DNA of 64,000 nucleotides from Gammaproteobacteria bacterium (GCA_050298595.1 JBNKUM010000030.1:1-64000), one strand, 5' to 3'. Positions 28,437 to 39,830 are shown, counted from the first letter of the stretch. Notes: generated by a model from the sequence alone, not told the origin. Program-made: numbers and translations.

Positions 28437-31225
28437 GCTGCACCTCCTTGCTGGGTGGCTTTAGCCACTTTAAGAGTGAACTCCTGAGAGCGAAATCCCG
28501 CCACCACCGGCTCGACGTTATACGGAATCAGTTTGCTGGTGGCAGTACCAATGCCGTAAGCTCGGCTGAGTGCCTTATTCTCTGAGCCAAAGGATGAATA
28601 GATGAACAGGGTGTCGCGGCGTACCAGACGAGTGATGTAAGCGGTGCCACCGGTAGTTTGACCGGTAGCATTGTTCGTCAGATTGAGCTTATCCCCGGTC
28701 TTAATCGACAGCGCTTCGGCGCGATCCGGGTGTATCCACACTCCGGCATAGATAGGCTCCTTGAACTTGTTAATCGCTGCCAGCACCGGGTTGTTGCTAT
28801 TGGTCGATGCGTAGGACACGGTCGGGGTCTTGCCATAGGTAAAGTAAAACTCATCACCCGCCAGTGGCATATCCATGGGTGTGTCGGGGCGACACTCGGC
28901 GACGATACGAGTCGCCAATGGACTGAAGTTGGGCTGTTTTGCGCCTCCGTTTCGCAGCGAGTGCATCAGTGGACTAAAGAATTCTACCCGCCCTGACTCG
29001 GAAGGTAGCGGCAGCTTCCTCGGCATGCCGGAGTGGGCCAGGATTTCTTCACGTTGCTGTTCCAGCATAACGCCTTTCTCGCGCAACTCATCGTCAATCT
29101 GCTGCGCAGTGGTTTGCAAACGCTCGGCCGTTTCGCTAAAGGAAACCTCTCGGCAGGCAGCAGCGAAGGCACCGTGTTTCATCGTCTTACGTTTCTCCGC
29201 ATAAGCGTCCTTCACCGCAGTGGCTGACATACCAGTCAGCTTCTCCACCCATTCGAGGAATTTGTACTCGTTGCCACTAATGATATGACTCATGCGCAGC
29301 AGGATGTCGGTGATTTCCTCGGTGTCATACATCGAATCGATGGCAGCGTAACGCGTGGTCAGCGCCAGATCATGGTTGACTCCATTGCCATACAGGGTGG
29401 GTTCATCACGTTCCAGATAACTAGAATTGGGCAGGATCACATCGGCCCAGGCGGTGGTGTCGGCAGGTAGCACATCAATGGCGATAACCAGCTCGACATC
29501 CTTATGCCCCAGAATGTCCTTCCAGCGCTGGTCTGGGTAATAGTGGCGCACCGGGTTGGCGGCATTAATCAGGAAGGCTCGGGTCCGGTAGGGCTTACCA
29601 TCGAACTCAAGCTTACCTTCCACTGATTCCTTCAAACCGGTATCGGCCATTACCGGTAGCGCCACATGATCACGTCCAGCGGCAGCCTCCTGAGCACTGA
29701 AAGCCCAGGCCCAGCCTGGGCGACCATGAGAGAAATTCTTGCCATCGGAAAGTGCACCGATAACGAATTTTGCAAAGGGCATCCCGGCCAGATGTACCAT
29801 CGGCGCTGCGGGGGTCTCCTGACCAGCCTCCTTAGCTTTAATCATGGCAGCAGCCTTATGGTGAAATTCACCACTCATAATCCAGCCGCCCTTCTTGTCG
29901 ATACCGCCGGTGAGCATTTGTATCATCGCCTGCACCCGGCGCAGCATCATCATGTTCTGGAAGCGCGCACCATGCCAGCCGGGATCGACTATAGCCGGAC
30001 GCGTGGTTCCAAACTCAAAGGCGATGCGACGAATCGTTTCGGCCTGTATGCCGGTAGTCTTCTGCGCCCATTCAGGGGTGTAGCCCTCCAGCTCAGATAG
30101 TTGTGCCTGGAAAACGGTAAATAGTTTATGACCATTCTGTTGTAGACCTTCAGGTGCCAATAGCGCCGGATTGAGCGGCTTACCGTGGACATCGGTTTCA
30201 TTGTCATTGCAATAGGCTTGCAGAGAGTGGATAGTGTCACTGCCATCGTTTACGGCCTGCGGTCTACCCTCCCCGTCCAGAGCTAGATGCCATTCGCCCT
30301 CATCATCCTGATAAGTCAGGAAGGGCATATTGGAATGGCGCTTGAGGAACAGGGCATCGTAATGCCCCTCATCCATCATGACCTTGAGCATCGCCAGCAT
30401 AAAATCCAGATCGGTGCCAGGGCGAATAGCCAGCCACTCGTCGGCCTTGGCCGCTGTCTCTGAACGACGCGGATCGAGCGCCACCACCTTGGCACCACGT
30501 TTGCGACCGGTGGCAAAGCGCACCATGCGGCAGGTGGAGACTGCACCGATAGATGCATTGTTGGCAATAAACAGGATGTACTTTGCATTATCGTAGTCGG
30601 GCAGAACCTCATCGTGAATATTGAAGTTACCGGTGACCATATCGGTACCCAGGTGACCGGTAGTCACACAATGCTGCATCGGCGAGGCGACTATATTGGG
30701 CACCTCGTTGGCCATTGCAAAAGGCACCGCCCAGCCCATGTAAAAAACGCAGGATGTCCAGCCGCCAACCATGGTCCATTCATAGGGTTGAATCTCGGCT
30801 TTCTTCTGCTTAGCCTCAATATATTGCCAGGCCTCTTCCCAGCTAGCCTGACGGAAGGACCAACTGCCTCGCTGGCTACCTTCCACTCTGATTAATGGTG
30901 TCTTGATTCTATCTGGGTCATAGGTCTGGCGCAGGCCAGACTGACCGCGCGCGCAGATCTTGCCGCGGTTCAGAGTTGAGTGTGGATTACCGTCAAGCTT
31001 AACGATGCGTTTGACCCCGTTACGGGTACGACTAGTAACACGCAAGTTGCACAGGGAAGAACAGAAATTGCAGATACTGTAACTGATTTTTTCGCTATCA
31101 GCGCTGTGCTCTACTTGCGGTTGCCCCATCAGGGATAAAGGTTTGAGCAGGGTTAGTCCTGCACCGCCGTAACCACTCGCCTTGAGAAAGGCCCTTCGGG
31201 TCAGACTGGGAAAATGCCAAGCCAT
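28433..31225 (-). CDS. Tat-exported Mo/W-bisPGD oxidoreductase catalytic subunit (polysulfide/sulfur reductase PsrA/SreA-like)
   Basis: TRRAFLK signal, FS0 motif CNFCSSLC..KICARG, probable Cys ligand in PMQHCVTTGH, and ADVILP.SSYLER. Substrate inferred from operon structure only. Confidence 0.85.
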   Translation of the reverse strand: MAWHFPSLTRRAFLKASGYGGAGLTLLKPLSLMGQPQVEHSADSEKISYSICNFCSSLCNLRVTSRTRNGVKRIVKLDGNPHSTLNRGKICARGQSGLRQTYDPDRIKTPLIRVEGSQRGSWSFRQASWEEAWQYIEAKQKKAEIQPYEWTMVGGWTSCVFYMGWAVPFAMANEVPNIVASPMQHCVTTGHLGTDMVTGNFNIHDEVLPDYDNAKYILFIANNASIGAVSTCRMVRFATGRKRGAKVVALDPRRSETAAKADEWLAIRPGTDLDFMLAMLKVMMDEGHYDALFLKRHSNMPFLTYQDDEGEWHLALDGEGRPQAVNDGSDTIHSLQAYCNDNETDVHGKPLNPALLAPEGLQQNGHKLFTVFQAQLSELEGYTPEWAQKTTGIQAETIRRIAFEFGTTRPAIVDPGWHGARFQNMMMLRRVQAMIQMLTGGIDKKGGWIMSGEFHHKAAAMIKAKEAGQETPAAPMVHLAGMPFAKFVIGALSDGKNFSHGRPGWAWAFSAQEAAAGRDHVALPVMADTGLKESVEGKLEFDGKPYRTRAFLINAANPVRHYYPDQRWKDILGHKDVELVIAIDVLPADTTAWADVILPNSSYLERDEPTLYGNGVNHDLALTTRYAAIDSMYDTEEITDILLRMSHIISGNEYKFLEWVEKLTGMSATAVKDAYAEKRKTMKHGAFAAACREVSFSETAERLQTTAQQIDDELREKGVMLEQQREEILAHSGMPRKLPLPSESGRVEFFSPLMHSLRNGGAKQPNFSPLATRIVAECRPDTPMDMPLAGDEFYFTYGKTPTVSYASTNSNNPVLAAINKFKEPIYAGVWIHPDRAEALSIKTGDKLNLTNNATGQTTGGTAYITRLVRRDTLFIYSSFGSENKALSRAYGIGTATSKLIPYNVEPVVAGFRSQEFTLKVAKATQQGGAA

Positions 31226-31811
31226 ATAGTCACTCCTAACTAAGTATTGTGAAGAATAGAAATCAAATTTTCATAACGCGAGTTACAAAAATCTGCTCAA
31301 TAACCTCTCAAATACTCTGGCTCTAACCAATAGACCAGACACTGCTAGCTATCGGCTGCAATCATTAGAATAGTTTTCTATGAAAAACTGCTTACTACTT
31401 TAGATGGTTTATTTTTATTTATATTTTATTTAATTTTTATTATGTATTTGCTGACCTTTGAATAATTATATTTTTATTTCGATGCTTATTACAGCCAATA
31501 TTCATAGGTGTTTTATTTTGTTTTCTGGATAATATAGAAATATATATTACAAATAAAGCTTATTACCATGTTTTTTCATTTTACTACCATTCAATTGATC
31601 AGGTGAATAATCAACCTTTATCCCTGTTGATAACCTACCACATGATTTAAAGCTGAAATGACTTCATGAAAGCTGTAGCATAGTTCGCAAAGGAGCAGAG
31701 TTTTTTTTCAGAAAAGATAGCGCGAAGGCTGTCAGAGTTATTCCAGAAATTTGCATCTCAAATAATCACTCTATCTAACGAACAATCTCATCAAAAATAA
31801 CTGGATTCTAA

Positions 31812-32342
31812 ATGTACCCATTCATAAGGCTCATCAATACATCTATTAAAGGGCTACTCTCAAAGCCTGCCAGCGTAGACAGCAGCTGTGAAACAAGCTT
31901 TTACTGCATGCCCTGGGATCTGGATATGTTTATGGAAATGAACAATGGCAGAGTGCTTACGCTTTACGACCTTGGGCGCTTTAACCTGGCCATACGAACG
32001 GGACTAGGAAAGGTACTGAGACAAAAAAGATGGGGGTTGGTCGTTGCTGGCAATTCGATTCGATACCGCCGACGTATTCGCGCCTTCGAAAAGGTCGCCA
32101 TGCGTACGCAGGTTGCCTACTATGATGAACGCTGGGTATACCTGATTCAATCCATGTGGGTCAAAGGCCAGCCAGCATCTTCTGCCCTATTCCGTACAGG
32201 TATAACTGAAAAAGGTAAAACCATCTCCACCGACAGAATCTTCCAGGCACTGCAGGCCAGCGACTGGAAACCAGAACCTGATGCCTGGATTCAATCCTGG
32301 GTAGCCAGCGAGCTTGAAAGGCCCTGGCCACCCACAGACTAA
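31812..32342 (+). CDS. Hot-dog-fold acyl-CoA thioesterase-like protein
   Basis: PWDLDMFMEMNNGRVLTLYDLGR motif. Confidence 0.85.
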   Translation: MYPFIRLINTSIKGLLSKPASVDSSCETSFYCMPWDLDMFMEMNNGRVLTLYDLGRFNLAIRTGLGKVLRQKRWGLVVAGNSIRYRRRIRAFEKVAMRTQVAYYDERWVYLIQSMWVKGQPASSALFRTGITEKGKTISTDRIFQALQASDWKPEPDAWIQSWVASELERPWPPTD

Positions 32343-32352
32343 AACTTATCTA

Positions 32353-32766
32353 TCATTGAGTATTAGTCGGTTTCTTCCCATGCTGTTGTTGATAATGCTG
32401 TTGATACCAACCCGGCATGGTTAAATCACTATCGAAAATAAATGCGGCAACGGCCCGCACCTGATCCTTTTCATAAGGAAAGGTCGGCATCACCCCAAAA
32501 CGCATGACAGCCCCTGGCATAAGTGATCGCGAAGCATCCGGATTTTTCACCCAGTTTACAACATAGTTAATAAAATCCTCGCGTGCGGGATAGCTGCCCA
32601 AAATATGGTTTTTCATACCAAATAATGGCGGTGCCAGGGTGGGCTGCCCCTCAGGGACATGACAACTGGAACACAGTGATTGATAAAGAGCTTTACCATC
32701 GGCTGATGCTAATGCAGACGACATAAAAAACAGGGATAAGAAAGAAGAAAGAATAATTTTTTGCAT
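32353..32766 (-). CDS. Periplasmic monoheme cytochrome c
   Basis: Signal peptide, CSSCH heme motif, APPL and a distal Met in FGVMP. Confidence 0.9.
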   Translation of the reverse strand: MQKIILSSFLSLFFMSSALASADGKALYQSLCSSCHVPEGQPTLAPPLFGMKNHILGSYPAREDFINYVVNWVKNPDASRSLMPGAVMRFGVMPTFPYEKDQVRAVAAFIFDSDLTMPGWYQQHYQQQHGKKPTNTQ

Positions 32767-33519
32767 AATACGTTAGATAGTAAATTCAACTGCCCTTTAA
32801 AAAATCAGGACTTTTTGTATAGATAAGAATGTCAATGCTCTCATTTATATATTGCTATAAAGAAAATAACTCTCTTTAACTAGAGTTTCAGGATAAAGAA
32901 AACCGAAAATATACAAATAAATAGTTGACATAGCGTAGTGCCTGTCGTTTGTGTCCTGAATGATCTTTCCAATTTAACGGCTACTCCTGGCACGGCCTCC
33001 AGTAAATTTTTCGACCACTACCGATGGCCACTATGAACACTAATGGATATTCAAGTATCCCCAGTGAACTGTTTCATTGGACCACATTTTTATGTCAGGT
33101 GGTAGCCCTGAGATCAGTGGGAACCTTTATTTTACTACTCATTGGAGAAATGCTAACCCAAACAAATAATCAATCTTAAAAGATTAACAACGAAGCACAC
33201 TGAACACACGAAGAAAAACATTTATAAACCTTCATATTCTTTGTGGATAATTCGTCAGTCCTGAAAAATGAATTTAAATGAATACACGGTCGGTCAGATC
33301 TTTGATTTATGATTTAAACAATTTCAGTTGGATAAACATGTTGATTATAACTCAGAATCAAAAGGGTCATACTCACTATGGTCTCACTTAATCCCAGGGT
33401 AAACTGAAGCTCAGCTAAAGATATTTCATAAAACGATTTCCTTTGGCGAGAAAATTTCCAAACTTTAGCTGCTAGCCTCTCACTTTATGAAATTGCAGTT
33501 ATTATATGAATTCAGGTTA

Positions 33520-34125
33520 AACGTTTAATACCTCAATCGGAAACAGTTTCAGATGCGGAAAGAAATGGATTTCAGGAGATAAGCTTGCGCCACAGTCAAA
33601 GATTGAACCATATAATCGAAGCACTCTTTAAACTATCCAGCCTGGAAGTAAAAGAAACTACCCCCGTGATCGAACCATTTTTCCTGTTAGAGCGGGTTCA
33701 GGAGATGTATTGCAGAAATTTAACTTGCAGGTTGAAAAGAAAATCCTGACCCTAACGTTTAAGGGCGAAGATCAATTATCATTGGTGAATGTTGATATTG
33801 CCATGATTGATCGTGCGCTGAGTAATCTTGTGGATAATGTAATCTCATGTACCGATGCCGGGGGTTAGGTCCAGTTAATTTTGAATCATGTAAAAGATGA
33901 TGTTTCGCTACAGGTAAATGATACTGTAACAGGAATAGACCAAAAATATTTACCAACCCTGTTTCACCGCTTCTAACAGGTAGATAGCCACAGATGTAAT
34001 AATGGTCAACACGTGGGGCTGGAGTTAACCATTAATCTCCGCATACTTTAGCTTCATTGTCAGAATATTAAGGTAAGCAGTCAAAAAGTTCAGGAAGCAA
34101 CATTTCTTTTACGTATACCATTAGC
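33520..34125 (+). pseudogene. Sensor histidine kinase C-terminal relic (HisKA end plus HATPase_c)
   Basis: Broken frames read SQRLNHIIEALFKLSSLE..DIAMIDRALSNLVDN..VNDTVTGI..LFHRF*QVD..GLELTI..IL*LH, with several stops and frameshifts. Confidence 0.7.
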
Positions 34126-34304
34126 AACTACCAGGCTGGTGGCAACAATCTTAGAAATACTATTCATCTATGCAACTGACTCGATATTATTTCTTCCTTG
34201 ATAAAACCCAATTATTTTTTAAAGAGCCTTTTGCAAAACATCAGAAACCAGTGAATTTATTAGCCAGAAAGAGCTAAAAAGAAAAGGAGAAAACTATGTG
34301 ATAG

Positions 34305-35072
34305 CTAATCGCTCGCCTGCGGTTGCTTACCCATAATAATCATTGCTAACAGGTCATCCGCTGTCACATCATCGACATTGACTGCGCCTGGACCGACTAG
34401 CTTGCCATTTTTCATCACGGCGGCTCTGTCACAGAGTTTCATAACATCGTGTATATCATGATCGATCAGAAAAATACCCAGACCCTCTGCCTTTAGTTGT
34501 TGGATAAGATCAGCAACCATTTGCGTTTCCTGTGGTCCCAGCGCAGCAGTCGGCTCATCCATGATCAAAATCTTTGCATTAAAATAGACGGCTCGTGCAA
34601 TCGCTACTGATTGACGTTGGCCGCCAGACAGTGAAGAGACCGGGGTGTAAAAATTATCGAAATTCGGATTCAGTCGTCCCATGATTTTGCGTGTTTCTGC
34701 TTCCATCGCAGCATCATCCACTAATCCCAGAGGAGTGACCAGTTCACGCCCCAGAAACAGGTTTGATGTGGCGTTAAGATTATCCGCCAACGCCAGGGTT
34801 TGATAAATGGTTTCAATGTTATAAGTACGAGCATCGCGTGGATTATTAATAACCGCCTTTTTACCATTGATAAATATTTCGCCACCATTGCCCTGATAGG
34901 CACCGGAAAGCATTTTTATCAGTGTTGATTTACCAGCGCCATTGTGACCAAGCAGGCCGACAACTTCCCCTGCATACAGATCTACAGTGACACCATCTAC
35001 TGCCTTTATGCCACCAAACGAGAGATGCATATCTCTCATTTCTACTAAGGGGGGGGATTGATTCATGCTCAT
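34305..35072 (-). CDS. xylG: Sugar (xylose) ABC transporter ATPase, single-domain type
   Basis: [16 protein letters not shown] and MDEPTAALG motifs. Confidence 0.88.
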   Translation of the reverse strand: MSMNQSPPLVEMRDMHLSFGGIKAVDGVTVDLYAGEVVGLLGHNGAGKSTLIKMLSGAYQGNGGEIFINGKKAVINNPRDARTYNIETIYQTLALADNLNATSNLFLGRELVTPLGLVDDAAMEAETRKIMGRLNPNFDNFYTPVSSLSGGQRQSVAIARAVYFNAKILIMDEPTAALGPQETQMVADLIQQLKAEGLGIFLIDHDIHDVMKLCDRAAVMKNGKLVGPGAVNVDDVTADDLLAMIIMGKQPQASD

Positions 35073-36395
35073 CTATCTCTGCCCTGTTTTACGTCGATAA
35101 ATAATATCCAGATAAACCGCCACAATCAGTACCAGTCCGACGACGATAGATTGTAAGGGTGCATCCACCCCTACCATCGCCATTCCAGATTGCAGCGATT
35201 GCATGATCACGGCACCGAGGATAGCACCATAAATAGTGCCAAAGCCACCAGATAACGCAGTTCCGCCAATTACCGCAGCAGCGATAACGCGTAATTCATC
35301 AAGTGTACCCAGATCGTTACCCACCGCACCGAGTCGGGCAGAAGCGATGACTGAGGCAATGGCCGTTAATCCACCCATCAGTGCAAATACTTTAACAGTC
35401 ATCATTTGGGTGTCTATGCCTGATAGCTGAGCGGCTTCAGGATTACCACCCATGGCGTAAACATAGCGTCCAAAACGAGTACGTTGGGACACAATGGTCA
35501 TAATAATGGCGATTGCCAACAGGATGAGTACGGGAATAGCGATACCGTGATAAAGCGTCAAACCCTGTTCAGGGATCTCAAGCCCCTGGTCTTCGGCGAT
35601 GCGTTTCACTGCACCAGAAGGTATGGGGTAGGAATTCATTATCCAGACAAAGCCCATAATCAAAGTGACAGCAACACCGATCAGGGTCACTTCTGCCCAT
35701 ACCGGTTTCAATGAAAAACCATGATTCGCTTTTTGTCTGCGACTGGCAAGCATAAAGAAGACGGCAATAAGTGTCGCAACAACGCCCAGCAACCAGCTCA
35801 ACGTGTCTCCCAGTGTGCCTTCTGCACCACCACCAAGAAGTTTATAGGTCGCATCAAGTGGTGCCACCGTCTGACCCTGAGTAACCCACCAGGCTGCGCC
35901 GCGATACACCAGCAGGCCACCGAGCGTAACGATAAAGGCGGGAACGGTGAGATAACCAATAATCCAGCCTTGAAAAGCACCAATCAACACACCACAAAAA
36001 ATACCAAAGATTACAGTGATAAACCAGATAGACCAATGTCCATAGCCTAGATACTCAGGTAGGAAGTGAACTTGCAGCGTTCCCATCAACATACCCAGTA
36101 ATCCGAGCAGAGATCCCACCGAAAGGTCGATGTGACGGGTGACAATAACGAACACCATGCCCGTAGCCATCACTGCGACGGAAGCGGTTTGTACCGACAG
36201 ATTAAACAGGTTTCGGGGAGTCAGAAAGCGCCCATCAGTAAACTGATTAAATACAAGCCATAGTAACACCAGTGCACCAAGCATGCCCAGGATACGAGTA
36301 TCGACGCCTAATTTGGAAATGAAGTTTTTAATGACGTTGTTCAGAGCTCGACCTTTATAATATTCAAATTTAATACCGACCTTGCCTACATACAA
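35073..36395 (-). CDS. xylH: Xylose ABC transporter permease (start uncertain, probably about 50 bp downstream)
   Basis: PRNLFNLSVQ, HIDLSVGS, GGNPEAA.LSGI and ELRVIAAAVIGG motifs. Confidence 0.88.
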   Translation of the reverse strand: MYVGKVGIKFEYYKGRALNNVIKNFISKLGVDTRILGMLGALVLLWLVFNQFTDGRFLTPRNLFNLSVQTASVAVMATGMVFVIVTRHIDLSVGSLLGLLGMLMGTLQVHFLPEYLGYGHWSIWFITVIFGIFCGVLIGAFQGWIIGYLTVPAFIVTLGGLLVYRGAAWWVTQGQTVAPLDATYKLLGGGAEGTLGDTLSWLLGVVATLIAVFFMLASRRQKANHGFSLKPVWAEVTLIGVAVTLIMGFVWIMNSYPIPSGAVKRIAEDQGLEIPEQGLTLYHGIAIPVLILLAIAIIMTIVSQRTRFGRYVYAMGGNPEAAQLSGIDTQMMTVKVFALMGGLTAIASVIASARLGAVGNDLGTLDELRVIAAAVIGGTALSGGFGTIYGAILGAVIMQSLQSGMAMVGVDAPLQSIVVGLVLIVAVYLDIIYRRKTGQR

Positions 36396-36441
36396 TATAC
36401 GTAATACCAGATGGAGGTAAAGACTTTTTTCAGTAATAAAT

Positions 36442-36471
36442 AAAGCCCTCTTCTATTCTGAAGAGGGCTTT
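36442..36471 (-). terminator. Stem-loop after xylF (terminator or mRNA stabiliser)
   Basis: AAAGCCCTCTTC-TATTCT-GAAGAGGGCTTT. Confidence 0.75.
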
Positions 36472-36479
36472 GGTAACGA

Positions 36480-37511
36480 TTACTTACAAACAGGAACCTT
36501 GCTTGGGCTTACACCTGAGCAGAGAACTTTTTTGCTTATCCAGCCAGCATCCAGTACCACGTTAAGATTTTTACGTGTAATGGGAACGGGTGCCAGAAAT
36601 CTAGCAGTCATCTTGGTACCGGATGGAGAAGTCCAGGACCTGGAGCCTTTAATCGATTTTAATGAACGACCTTTCGCCAGCTCAGCAGCAATTTCAGCGG
36701 CTGCTTTACCCAGCTCACGAGCATCTTTCCACACCGACACGGTTTGGGTACCAAGCGCAACTCGATTCAGTGCTGCATGATCACCATCCTGACCAGATAC
36801 CGGAATACCTTCCATACCCTGTGCTGTCAAGGCAGCTACGACGCCACCCGCAGTACCGTCGTTTGAAGCGACAACAGCATCAACCTTGTTGTCTACAGAG
36901 GTCAGAATCTGTTCCATGTTGCGTTGTGCATTGGCTGGCACCCAGCCATCGGTATAGGCTTCACCGACAATCTTGATGTCGCCCTTTTTGATTGCTTTCT
37001 GCAGAATTTCCTGCTGGCCACCACGCAGAAAATCAGCGTTAGGATCCTGGGGTGAGCCCTTGATCATGACGTAATTTCCTTTTGGCTTAGCCGCCAGAAC
37101 TGCGCGTGCCTGCATGCGTCCGACTTCAACATTATCGAAGGTCAGGTAAAATGCACGACTGTCTTCGATTAATCGATCATAAGCAACAACGGGAATGCCC
37201 TCATCGCTTGCCTGATCTACTGCCGGACGAATAGCCGAAGCATCCTGTGCCAGTACGATCAATGCTTTAGCGCCTCGAGCAATCAGACTTTCAATATCTG
37301 AAAGTTGCTTGGATGAAGAACTTTGAGCATCGGCAGAGATGTATTTTGCACCAGCGGCTTCCAAAGCTGCTTTCATAGCAGCTTCATCGGTTTTCCAGCG
37401 TTCTTCCTGGAAGTTTGACCAGCTGACGCCGACCACAAGATCAGCAGCTGAGAGTGATGTAGCCACAAACAGTCCTGCCATAAACAGAGTAATAGTTTTA
37501 ATGAATTTCAT
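36480..37511 (-). CDS. xylF: D-xylose ABC transporter substrate-binding protein
   Basis: Signal peptide; [23 protein letters not shown] and QTVSVWKD motifs. Confidence 0.9.
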   Translation of the reverse strand: MKFIKTITLFMAGLFVATSLSAADLVVGVSWSNFQEERWKTDEAAMKAALEAAGAKYISADAQSSSSKQLSDIESLIARGAKALIVLAQDASAIRPAVDQASDEGIPVVAYDRLIEDSRAFYLTFDNVEVGRMQARAVLAAKPKGNYVMIKGSPQDPNADFLRGGQQEILQKAIKKGDIKIVGEAYTDGWVPANAQRNMEQILTSVDNKVDAVVASNDGTAGGVVAALTAQGMEGIPVSGQDGDHAALNRVALGTQTVSVWKDARELGKAAAEIAAELAKGRSLKSIKGSRSWTSPSGTKMTARFLAPVPITRKNLNVVLDAGWISKKVLCSGVSPSKVPVCK

Positions 37512-37810
37512 ACGTGCTCCTAACCTTATCGGTATATCATTTGTTTCAGAATCTTAAGTTTCAAAAAACAACATTTTTTTGTAGTGCCATTGTAAAATTC
37601 GGTCTTGAAAAAACCACTGAAAAACAAAAAAAAACAATTCCAAATAAAAAAAAACAAATTTTTTGTCTTATGTTATCCGATATCTAAATGGATTATTCTA
37701 TTTGTGTTTCAATTAGACCTTAAAATAGCTTATCAATTAAATGCGGAATAAGATATCTTGTTCGCTCAAAAATCTTAATCGCTATACTTACACAAAAATT
37801 AAACGGACCT

Positions 37811-39388
37811 ATGATATCCCACAGATTAAACTCCTATATCTTCACTTTATCACTAATATGGCCTTTATTAACGTCAGCGGCTGATGTGTCTTTCAAGCGG
37901 GTAGATGCTGATTTAATCAAACATCAGTACACTGGTGGCTGGGAACATTTTGTCGGAGGCGGAATTAGCAGCTTCGATTGTGATGGTGATACCTTTCCCG
38001 AATTGTACCTGGCCGGAGGCTCCGCTCCAGCCACGCTGTTGCGCAACCGCTCAGCATCCGCCAGGGGAAAGCTTCACTTCGAAGCGCAAACACCTGAAGC
38101 CTTATCCATCTTGCATGTGACTGGTTCTTATCCATTAGACATTGATAATGATGGTTTACTCGACCTGGTGGTTCTTCGCGTCGGAAAAAATGTGCTATTA
38201 CGCGGAGAAGGCGGATGTCGTTTCACCCCATTTCCAGCTTCTCTGGGGTTTGACAGTGAGGATCATTGGACGACCGCCTTTTCAGCTACCTGGGAACACG
38301 GGCTAAGCTTACCTACTCTGGCTTTTGGTAATTATGTAGATCGAGAGCAACCCGATGGACCATTCGAAGCCTGCGATGACAATCGTCTGTATCGTCCCTT
38401 GCAGAAGCAATATGGCCCCCCGTTAAAACTAAGCCCTGGCTATTGCGCATTGTCGATGTTGTTTTCAGACTGGGGAAAGAATGGTCGAATGGATCTGCGT
38501 ATAAGCAATGACCGCCATTACTATGTGCGTAAAGGTTCGGAACAACTATGGGCCATGGAACAGCATCCACGGCTTTACGCCGCTCAGGATGGCTGGATTG
38601 ACTACTCTTTGTGGGGTATGGGCATCGCCAGCCGTGATCTGACGGGTGATGGTTATCCAGAAATATTCCTCACCTCGATGGGTGATCAGAAACTACAGTC
38701 TCTGGACCGATCCGTCAACGGCCCAAGGTACCTGAACGCAACCTTCGATCGTGGTATCACAGCGCATCGACCTTATACCGGCGATGACGGCAGACCTTCT
38801 ACCGGCTGGCATGCGGAATTTGCCGACATCAATAACGATGGTCGTGACGATATCTTCATCTCAAAGGGTAATGTCGAGCAGATGTTGTCAAGCGCAGTAC
38901 GCGACCCGAATAATCTGCTGGTTCAAAACGGCCAAGCGCTGTTCAAGGAGCAGGCATTAACTGCTGGTGTTGCTAGCTTCGCCAAAAGTCGTGGCGCAAC
39001 CCTGACAGATCTTAACCTCGACGGCTTTCCCGACCTGGCGGTTTTAAACCGCAACGCTGCGGTAGAAATCTATCAAAACCAGAGCTCGTCAACTGGACAC
39101 TGGTTATTACTCAAGCTAATTCAAGCGGGAAGCAACAGGGATGCCATAGGCGCCTGGATCGAAGTCCGCAACAATGATGCTTCCTGGTTTCGCGAGATCA
39201 CCATAGGAGGAGGACATGCAGGAGGTGCTTCTGGCTACCAACATTTCGGTCTGGGGGATGCAGAGTCCGTAAGCATAAGAGTGACCTGGCCGGATGGTGT
39301 AGTCAGTGACTGGTTAAACCTCGACACAAATCACAAAGTCCAGATCACAAGGAACAATTCTGACTCCTTAGTAGCAATCAATGAATAA
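37811..39388 (+). CDS. Secreted CRTAC1-family protein (FG-GAP repeats plus ASPIC/UnbV domain)
   Basis: Six D.D.DG..D-type repeats (e.g. DIDNDGLLDL, DLTGDGYPEI, DINNDGRDDI) and C-terminal NRDAIGA..HFGLG. Confidence 0.88.
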   Translation: MISHRLNSYIFTLSLIWPLLTSAADVSFKRVDADLIKHQYTGGWEHFVGGGISSFDCDGDTFPELYLAGGSAPATLLRNRSASARGKLHFEAQTPEALSILHVTGSYPLDIDNDGLLDLVVLRVGKNVLLRGEGGCRFTPFPASLGFDSEDHWTTAFSATWEHGLSLPTLAFGNYVDREQPDGPFEACDDNRLYRPLQKQYGPPLKLSPGYCALSMLFSDWGKNGRMDLRISNDRHYYVRKGSEQLWAMEQHPRLYAAQDGWIDYSLWGMGIASRDLTGDGYPEIFLTSMGDQKLQSLDRSVNGPRYLNATFDRGITAHRPYTGDDGRPSTGWHAEFADINNDGRDDIFISKGNVEQMLSSAVRDPNNLLVQNGQALFKEQALTAGVASFAKSRGATLTDLNLDGFPDLAVLNRNAAVEIYQNQSSSTGHWLLLKLIQAGSNRDAIGAWIEVRNNDASWFREITIGGGHAGGASGYQHFGLGDAESVSIRVTWPDGVVSDWLNLDTNHKVQITRNNSDSLVAINE

Positions 39389-39415
39389 CGGTGACCAGGA
39401 AAATTAAGTCTGTAC

Positions 39416-39468
39416 CATCCATGCTGAAAACCCAACAGGTGAATCCCGCTACGAGCTGAATTGCACGT
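39416..39468. repeat. 53-bp dispersed repeat, inverted copy at 44921-44973
   Basis: CATCCATGCTGAAAACCCAACAGGTGAATCCCGCTACGAGCTGAATTGCACGT matches the reverse complement of 44921-44973 with 3 mismatches. Confidence 0.85.
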
Positions 39469-39795
39469 CAGCGTGGTATTTGCTGTTGGGGCGAATACTT
39501 CATGGAATCTTGTCAGGTAAACCCCTGGCTTTGGAACCACCGCGCCAGCTTGGCGAAAAAATCCATGCATAGAAAAAAATAAATGAAAAACACTGGTTTT
39601 TGGTATTGACAATCGAAAGATATACACATTTATATTCAAGTTTCGAAAAGAGGTCAATATTCGTACGCATTTTTTACTATAAAAATATTAATACTTGTAA
39701 GCCATTGAATATAAGGGATAAATTAAATTGTTCGTAAATCATACAATTTAACACAACTGTAACATTGGCGCGGCCTGGATATCTTTTTCAAACAC

Positions 39796-39830
39796 TTATT
39801 CACAGACTTATACACAGAAAATGTGGATAA
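39796..39830. promoter_or_regulatory. Cluster of three DnaA boxes with DARS-like geometry
   Basis: TTATTCACA-gac-TTATACACA-gaaaa-TGTGGATAA; an IHF-like site lies at 39698-39710. Confidence 0.75.

Noticed and set aside
16464-30895. Numerous antisense and alternate-frame ORFs over the hyb, selD and molybdoenzyme genes
   Set aside because: Expected by-products of GC-richer coding sequence, with no independent signals.
32930-33470. Possible IS-end and REP-like fragments (CAGTAAATTTTTCGACCACTAC; CACACTGAACACACGAAG)
   Set aside because: Too degenerate, with no partner end or transposase, to call a feature.
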